Below are positions 57,074 to 64,000 of a stretch of 64,000 nt of DNA, piece after piece. A model generated the notes under the pieces. That model was not told where the DNA came from and did no database searches. It saw only the letters and a program-made list of their open reading frames with translations. Source of the stretch: Diplonema japonicum (lineage: Eukaryota; Protista; Euglenozoa: Diplonemea); the NCBI GenBank assembly GCA_964019335.1, contig OZ025751.1:237279-301278 (forward strand), written 5' to 3'. How positions within the stretch are numbered: the stretch's first letter is position 1; each line of letters starts with the position of its first letter. A program made the position numbers and the translations under genes.

Positions 57074-58630
57074 GTCGTTCGTGTTCTGCTGGTGCCTGCC
57101 GCCTCTGCCTGGGTTTGCCGCTGCGTCCGTCGTCCGTCGTCGCCGTCGTCCGGGGGGTGCAGCGTGCTGTTCACGGCGGGGAACAAGGAGCGGTGCGTGA
57201 ATTGCCGGCCCAAGCCCGAGAAGAAGCCCTCCCGCCTCGTCCGTGGGATATCGGGCCCGTCTGTCACCAGGGAGTCGATCCTGCACGAGGTGGGCGCCAA
57301 GGAGGAGGATGCCGGGGGCGGAGGGGATTGCTTGTTCCGCTCTCTGGCTGTGGTGCTGGGGGAGAAGGAACGACACGGAGAGGTGAGGAGTCGGGTGGTC
57401 AGCCACATAAGGGACAACAGGGGCAGGTTCGAGAGCTTTGTGGATCCGATCGGTTTTGAGGCCTACATCGACTACATGGCAAAGCAAGGGGAGTGGGGGG
57501 ACCACCTTTGTCTGCAGGCGGCGGTGGAGGTCTGGCAAAAGACGGTCGTGGTCGTGACCGGGGGTGACGCCCAAGTCTTGAAGCTCGGGGAGGCGAGGGA
57601 ACCGGAGGATACGGTGGTGCTTGGCTTCACGGGATCCCACTACAGGCCTGTGTTGGTCTCGGAGGGCGGAAAGTCCACCCTGGTGGATTGGGCGGTGGAG
57701 GCGAGGCTAGCCCCCTCGGGGACCAGGCCCGCCATCCTGGACCTCGCCCACCTCCTGATGCCGGAGTCCTCCATCAGGCCCAACGGACACCACATGAAAG
57801 GATGCCCCACGACTGGACAGCAAGGTCAGGAGCTTCCAGTGCCCGGTGAGGGGGTGCGAGAGGTCGTCCCACATGGGAGGCCCGGCGATCTTGGGGTGGG
57901 AACTGCTGAAGTCCCACTTGAACGACCACATGCTGGACGAGGAGGTACTCCCACAGGAGTTGAAGAAGTTTGACCTCAAGATCTGCGTGTGTGGGTCGGT
58001 GGTGGGCGCACGGGAGGCGGCTCACGTCAGGTGCATCGCCAGGTACAGCGCTCCTGGGGACCCGTGGACGTGAAGGCGGCCCCTAGCCGGGACGCACTTC
58101 CTTCTCTGGAGGAGGTGGCCACCCGGAAGGTGAGCCTCATGAAGTACATCCCCGTCCCGCTCAAGGGATGTGGAGTCTGGCGCTAAAGACGGCACTGGTG
58201 AGGGTGAAGCAGGAGAACTCCTATCTGTCGTGGGTGCTGCCCCTGATGCTTCCGAAGGCTTGCCTGGGCAGACGCAGGGGTGGAAAGGCACGTCGGGAGT
58301 CCGGGGCGCTTCTCCAGAGCCAACGCAGCGCTGACTGCGGGAGGGTTGGCGGAGGACTCCACCGAGACCTTAGAGAAGCTCCTGGGCCTCCACCCTGAGG
58401 CATCGGTTGACCCCGGGGCTAGAACTGAATCCGGCTGACTCCTTCGAGGACGTCACGGCCGTCGACGTTCTGAGCATGGTCCGGGACTTTGACAAGGGGA
58501 AAGCGGCTGGGCCGACGGGGTTGAGCGCCCAACACCTGAAGGACGGGGTGGACGGCGTGGTGACGGAAGTAGGGGCCCTGGCGGCGCTCACCGAGGTGTG
58601 CAATATCATGGCCAGAGGTCAGACTCCGGC
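57035..58630 (+). mobile_element. Degenerate CRE/SLACS-like non-LTR retrotransposon 5' half: OTU protease, C2H2 zinc finger, start of reverse transcriptase
   Basis: OTU motifs GDCLFRSL (Cys 57329), EWGD and SHY (His 57638). Zinc finger CPVRGC...HLNDH (~57840-57929). LPSLEEV...KYIP and WVLPLMLPKACLG. RT N-terminal KAAGPTGLSAQHLKD (~58500). Several frameshifts; truncated. Confidence 0.75.
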
Positions 58631-58638
58631 TGGCACCG

Positions 58639-59028
58639 GTGCTGTCTGTTAAGGAGACAACTAGTTTCTGCGACCTCACTTTTATTGGCTTTTCCAAGGG
58701 TTCCTCTGTACTCACACGCATGATGGACAGGCCGAGTCCTGAACTTTGGGATATTGTCCGCTCGGTTCATTTTGTTGATGCGGGCATGAACCAGGCTGGT
58801 GTCTTCCCTACAACTGTCCCAGTAGTACGACCCGACTTCATCATCGTGCTCCACGGGACTCCTCGTCAGCTTGACGACGTTCAACGCCCGTGGATCAGAC
58901 GGGAGTGGGACGCGTTCCAGCATAGCAACCTCTCTAAAGTGACCTACCCTGGTACTACCCTCGACGATCACTTCAATCTGCTCCTTTCCTTCAAGCTGTC
59001 ACCTGACAGTGGCAGTCGCTCCATCTAA
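58639..59028 (+). pseudogene. 3' fragment of a C2orf69/UPF0565-like alpha/beta-hydrolase gene
   Basis: Motifs IGFSKG, HFVDAG, LHGTPRQLDD..RPWIRRE and LDDHF match the family pattern. No 5' half is present; the fragment abuts the retroelement directly. Confidence 0.7.
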
Positions 59029-59136
59029 CCCCCCTTTGGTTGAAGCATGTGATTTTAGTTTTTTTTTTGTTCTTCTTTTTTTTTCTCTTCCAGTTTGCCT
59101 CGTTTTCCCCTGCCATCATCACGTCCTCGCTTCCCG

Positions 59137-59245
59137 AGCCAACGAATTCTAAAGCTACAGTTTCTGTACTTTAAAATGATCGTTCGTGTTCCTACTGGTG
59201 CCTCTCCCTGGGTTTGCCGTGCCGTCGACTGTCGCGGGGGGGGGG
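59137..59245 (+). mobile_element. Second, decayed SL + element 5'-end copy
   Basis: agccaacgaattctaaagctacagtttctgtacttt followed by tcgttcgtgttc..ctggtgcct..cctgggtttgccg, paralleling 57035-57160. Confidence 0.85.
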
Positions 59246-59417
59246 TGTTTGCCTGTCAATGAAAGGATCCCCCCCCCCCAACGAAGAAAAATGGATCCAA
59301 ACTAACAAAGACAGGGCGGCCAACCTAGCCAGGCAGTATGAGTCTCTTCCTTGCGTTGTGGAGGCGTATGACGTGCCAAGATGAAAATGGTCATCTTGTG
59401 TGCATGCCTTCTATTTG

Positions 59418-59691
59418 AGGTGGTGGGGATAACATGAAAATATAAGAAAAAGATCAGATGTGTTGTTCGCTGTTGACCTCCTCGTCGGTCATCACCGGTA
59501 GCGCCCGAGTGGAAGAACATAATGCAGATGCTCAGGGTGACGAACAGGCAGCAAACTGCACGAGCGCAGAATCTTGGTTACCCGGGACGCACCGGCTGGG
59601 GTTGAGCTGTACACCGCACGCATTAAGGACACGACGCGGAACGCAGAAGAAGCTACAACTCGGCCGCGGTGCGCCCCCTGTAATCAAGTAG
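59418..59691. repeat. Dispersed ~270-bp repeat, copy 2
   Basis: Matches 9791-10060. Confidence 0.9.
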
Positions 59692-59992
59692 ACAGTTCTT
59701 GTGCAGGGCGCCGCCAACACCGGCCTCCTTTAACTCATATATATCTATTTCCAGTTCTGATCAACTTTGTGGGTGCGCTTCCGTGTACCCCCGGGCTCCT
59801 TTTAACGGAAAAAAAAACCCCCCCTCTTTTTCTGATAATTTTTATGTTTGTGTAAGAATATGATGAACATTAGGAGGAGGGGGGAAAGAATACCCCCCCC
59901 TCCCCCCCCTCCCCTATCCATTCTTTTTTTTGTAGTACCAACCGATTTGGTTTTCTTCTTCTTCTTTTGAACCACTGTAGGTAAAACCAAAA

Positions 59993-60025
<33 letters not shown>

Positions 60026-60027
60026 AA

Positions 60028-61686
60028 ATGCTGGCCCGAATCCTGTTGTTGTGGTTGTTCGCTACTGTTGTGGTTGTTGGTGGGACCACCGAGGAGCTAG
60101 CACAGATCGGCGGGGTGGGCCCGCTGGCGGGGGAGACCTCTGCGGACCTGGCGAGGTCGGGGGACCACACGTTCAGCGTGATGACGGACGATTCGGTGAG
60201 GATCACGAATGTGGCAGACAAGGGAAACCCTGTGGAGGTAGGGATGCTAAAGCACAGCAGCGGGAGGGCAGCCTCTGTGCTGACGGACGGGAACCTGCTG
60301 TACGTGTCGTACCTGCACGCGCTGATCGTCTACGACCTGCACCCGGACCCCGCTGCCCCAATGATGCTGCACACCTTCCTTCCCCCTCCCGACGCCGACC
60401 TGAACTTCTGGCGTGGGATGACCCAGTCTGCCAACCACATCTACGTGTCGTACTTCCACAGCCCTACCACCACCGAGTCCCTGTACGTGCTTGCGAAGGG
60501 GACCCTCATGCAGGTGGGGGTTTCGGTGTTGTCGACGACAGGCTCCTTCGTGCTGGACATGACCTACGCGGACAGGAAGGTGTACGCGACCACAGAGCAG
60601 CTCACCCCCCAGGGCAGCGTCTCTGTGCTGGACGTGTCGGACCCCACGAACCCCCACGAGGAGTCTTCCTTCGCAACGCCGGACATCGACTTCAACAGGG
60701 TTGTGTTCCACGAGGGCTTCCTGTACATCAGCAGGGTCGACACCAGCACGGACATGCCGCTGAAAATAAACCCGACGACAGGGGCCCCCGTGGCGATGAC
60801 GATGCCAGCCTTCGTGCATGACTGTGGGGACATCCGCTTCTACAACTCGAGGGTGTACCTTGCCTGCACTGACAACGGCCTCGTTGTGTTGGAGGAGACG
60901 GCGCCCAACACCTTCACCCTCCTTGCAAGGGACGAGGCGAGGTCCCCCTTCACCCTCCTGCCCAGCGGCGGCTACCTTTTCGTGAGCGACGTGACGGACA
61001 GGCTTGCGATCTACGACATCCCGGATGCGGCTGTGGAGCTTGTTGAGGGCATCGCACCTTTTGCGAAGCAGGTTGTAGACTCCTCTGCTGCTGTGGAGGA
61101 CAAGGTGAGCGGGCAACGCTGGGAGAGGATCCCCGAGTGGCTTGCAGGGTCGACAGCGTACATGGGGGTTCACGGGGGCAAAGGGATGTCCCTGAGACTG
61201 TCGTGTCCCGCGACCGAGAAGAACCACCACCACTACTACTACCCCTGTACCTTCTACGTGACACTGCACAACTGCCTCCCGTGCAGCTCCTCTACCAACG
61301 GAGGCCTCCCGAAGGAGTTGCTGGAGGCTGGCTTCGAGGCTGCGGGCTGCGGGCCGAGGTACATCCCAATCTTCCCCGGTGCCCCCGATGATGTCCGCAA
61401 CCACCCTGCCGCAATCTTCAAGCTGCAGGTGGAGAGAGGTACGGAAGCCATTGAGCTGCCCGTGTCGAGGGAACTCCTCCACGTCGCGGTGTTCGTGCAC
61501 TCCGCTGGACAGCAGTGCTCCTTGAAGAACGCCGAGGCGTGCGCCGCAGCCTCCCGGGTGTGCGAGTACGACAGGAAGAAGAAGAAGTGCATGGACAAGC
61601 CGATGTGCCCCACGAGGACAGGCCCTCAACCACCCACAGGGCCACAGGGGCGCAGGTGCATGTGTTTCGCCCTCCCGTTGTTCTGA
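60028..61686 (+). CDS. Secreted LVIVD-repeat beta-propeller protein with a Cys-rich C-terminal domain
   Basis: Signal peptide and repeats such as ITNVADKGNPVEVG, LIVYDLHPDPAAP and VSVLDVSDPTNP. Confidence 0.8.
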   Translation: MLARILLLWLFATVVVVGGTTEELAQIGGVGPLAGETSADLARSGDHTFSVMTDDSVRITNVADKGNPVEVGMLKHSSGRAASVLTDGNLLYVSYLHALIVYDLHPDPAAPMMLHTFLPPPDADLNFWRGMTQSANHIYVSYFHSPTTTESLYVLAKGTLMQVGVSVLSTTGSFVLDMTYADRKVYATTEQLTPQGSVSVLDVSDPTNPHEESSFATPDIDFNRVVFHEGFLYISRVDTSTDMPLKINPTTGAPVAMTMPAFVHDCGDIRFYNSRVYLACTDNGLVVLEETAPNTFTLLARDEARSPFTLLPSGGYLFVSDVTDRLAIYDIPDAAVELVEGIAPFAKQVVDSSAAVEDKVSGQRWERIPEWLAGSTAYMGVHGGKGMSLRLSCPATEKNHHHYYYPCTFYVTLHNCLPCSSSTNGGLPKELLEAGFEAAGCGPRYIPIFPGAPDDVRNHPAAIFKLQVERGTEAIELPVSRELLHVAVFVHSAGQQCSLKNAEACAAASRVCEYDRKKKKCMDKPMCPTRTGPQPPTGPQGRRCMCFALPLF

Positions 61687-62385
61687 ATTGGCGTGTTCGT
61701 CTCTTTTTTTTTTTTAAAAAAAGGGGAGAAGATTTTTTTAATAAATAAATAACAAAAAAAAATAATAATAATAATAAAAAAGATTTTGACTATATCTTTT
61801 TTTCATTTACACACTACTTCCCTTTCTTTTTTTTTCATCCTGAACAGTGAGCACCCCCCATGCACACTGAAATTTTATCGAGTTTTTTCTTCTTTCTTCT
61901 TCTTCTTCTTCTTTTTGCCCCTTTCCTTCTTGTCGTTCAGCACAAAGAAGGAAGTCGTTAAAAAAGAAAACAGAGCTATGCCTTGGGCATCCCCAGCCTT
62001 CGCTGATGGAGCTGGCGATGCAATGCAACGGCGGTTGTTGTTTTTTTTTTTTTTTTTTCTAGTCTAGAACCCTTTCTTTTACTTCCCTCCGCCCCTCCTG
62101 TCACCGAGGCCCTCGCCTACTGGAACGGGCTGCTCATCATACCGTATCTAATATATACTGCTGACACTTCAGTATACTTTCCTCTCCGCTAAATCTTTTG
62201 CTGCCCTTCAGGGTAAGTGCAGAAGAGCATCTTCAATTTTTTTTTTTTTCCTTTTTTTTTTCCTTCTCTCTTTTTTTCCTTCAATTTTCATGCGTTACCT
62301 GACAACTTGCCTCCCCTTATCCATGCGCACTCAAAAAAACAGGTTAACCTACACACACCCACACACACACCCCATCCTACCAACA

Positions 62386-63210
62386 ATGATAATGCTGCTG
62401 CGCCCCCTTGTGTGCGTGACAACGCTGTTTGCGTGTGCTCACGGGCACGGCTACGTGAAGGCACCGGCGTCGAGGAACTACGCCTGCAAGGAAGGGGCGA
62501 ACCAGAACTGCGGCGGGGTGCAGTACGAGCCGCAGAGCGTGGAGGGGGCGGACAGGTACCCTGACAGCGGGCCTTCGGACGGGACGCTCGCGGCGGCGGG
62601 GCAGGACAACTGGGCGGCCCTGAACGAGCAGTCGGCGACGAGGTGGGCGAAGACCTCGATCAGCTCCGGCCTTGTGGACTTCACGTGGCAGTTCACGGCG
62701 AACCACATCACGCGGGACTGGAGGTACTACATCACGAAGGAGGGGTGGAACGGGGTGACCCCTCTGGGGAGGGAGACCTTGGAGAGCAGCCCCTTCTGCA
62801 CGGTGGACGGGGCGATGGTGCAGCCGCCGATGGTGGTGACGCACTCGTGCACGGTCCCGACGAGGAGCGGCTACCACGTGGTCCTCGCCATCTGGGACGT
62901 CGGCGACACGGCGGCCAGCTTCTACAACGCCATCGACCTCGACTTCAACGGGGGCAGCACGACCCCTGTCCCGACAACCCTCCCCACCCCGGCCCCGACG
63001 GGGGACGCCGCAAGCCCTGTCCCGACACCGGTCCCCACAGCGGCCCCTCCCGCAGGGCCCTGCAACGGCCCCGTCATCGCGGAGTGGGGAGGCTGCATCG
63101 ACTCCCCTTCCTGCTGCGAGGCTCCTGCCCGCTGCTACCAACAGAACCAGTGGTACGCCCAGTGCAGGGCGAGGTGCGATGTTCCTGAGTGGTGCAAGCT
63201 TATTGGATAA
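62386..63210 (+). CDS. Secreted AA10 lytic polysaccharide monooxygenase (CBP21/GbpA-like) with a P/T linker and CBM1-like module
   Basis: 20-aa signal ending AHG, then mature His1 HGYVKAPASR (62446). Motifs QYEPQSVEG, FTANH (second His) and WDVGDTAASFYNAID. Confidence 0.94.
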   Translation: MIMLLRPLVCVTTLFACAHGHGYVKAPASRNYACKEGANQNCGGVQYEPQSVEGADRYPDSGPSDGTLAAAGQDNWAALNEQSATRWAKTSISSGLVDFTWQFTANHITRDWRYYITKEGWNGVTPLGRETLESSPFCTVDGAMVQPPMVVTHSCTVPTRSGYHVVLAIWDVGDTAASFYNAIDLDFNGGSTTPVPTTLPTPAPTGDAASPVPTPVPTAAPPAGPCNGPVIAEWGGCIDSPSCCEAPARCYQQNQWYAQCRARCDVPEWCKLIG

Positions 63211-63380
63211 AAAAAGCTGGAAAAAAAAAACGAAAAACGACTAACTAACGAGAGAAAAGCACACCCCCTTTTTTTTTTTATTTTAAAAATTCATCTCCCA
63301 AAAAAAAAGAAATCTTTTGTTTATAAGGAGGCGACGCGGGCGGAGGGGGGAAGAAGGATGATGTTGGTTTATGAAAAAGG

Positions 63381-63422
<42 letters not shown>

Positions 63423-64000
63423 GTGACTCCGGGTCACGCCCCCCTTTCTCTCCTGAACCTCTGTTCTTTCTTTCTTTCTTTCTTTCTTCTTGTTTTCCCC
63501 CGCGCTACACCATTTTCCTCCCTCGATGCTTTTGGAAGGGCCCTATGGAATCATTTCCCGGGGTATCTTTTGTTTTGTGTGTGTTGCCTTCTCTTCTTTC
63601 CCTCTCTCTTCTTTCTTTATTTATTTGTTTATTTTTTTTTATCTTCATTCTTTTTTTGTGTGTGTTCCCATCTTCTCCTCTTTGTGGCAATCGTTTATTT
63701 GCTACCCTCTTTGCACAAGTTTCCTTTCTGTTTGTTTGTTTGTTTCACAAGCACTAGAAAAAAAGAGGGAGAGAAAAAGAAAAAAGAAAAAGAAAGAAAG
63801 AAAGCTTGCTATCTTGTTTCTTTTCCTTTCTTTCTTTTTTTCTTCTTCTCTCTTTTTCCCCCCCGCTTCTCTCGTCTTCTTAAACGACGCTTCGAATTTT
63901 TTATATTTTCTTTCACGGTGGAAACTCTCTGTGTTTCTCCCTTTTTTTTTTTCCATCTCACTCCAGGTTTATAACCTTTTTGTGTGTTTTTCTTTTTTTT

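Noticed and set aside
57035-57160. Functional SL RNA gene
   Set aside because: A GT follows the exon, but it reads GTCGTT and runs into retroelement coding sequence. No tandem array, T-tract terminator or 5S gene was seen. Not fully excluded.
48185-63141. Long minus-strand ORFs (48185-49351, 51208-52404, 54120-55244, 60247-61629, 62377-63141)
   Set aside because: Antisense shadows of GC3-rich + strand genes, with no recognisable motifs.

Overview
Eukaryotic genomic DNA, most likely from a diplonemid (Euglenozoa). Evidence: (i) a complete 39-nt euglenozoan spliced-leader (SL) exon, AACCAACGATTCTAAAGCTACAGTTTCTGTACTTTATTG, at 57035-57073; (ii) about 20 genes all on the + strand, as in a polycistronic unit; (iii) short GT-AG introns of 33-87 nt, many with poly(A) rather than polypyrimidine before the AG; (iv) homopolymer-rich spacers. 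The left half holds housekeeping genes: MoCo sulfurase, a PDZ protein, P5CS, an EHD-like NTPase, a TPR protein, selenoprotein O with an in-frame TGA (VVT-U-SS), large hypothetical proteins, a glycosyltransferase-like protein, an EGF membrane protein and a TLC-like protein. The right half is accessory. It contains two tandem TauE/SafE transporters with inserted SAM domains that differ by two introns, and a giant RNF213-like AAA+/RZ-finger gene. It also contains a GC-rich cluster of secreted enzymes: two tyrosinases, a GH18 chitinase, an LVIVD-repeat protein and a bacterial-type AA10 LPMO, with the chitinase and LPMO sharing a CBM1-like tail. That cluster is interrupted by an SL-headed, OTU-protease-encoding CRE/SLACS-like retroelement relic fused to a C2orf69-like gene fragment. 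All family assignments come from recognised motifs, not from database searches.
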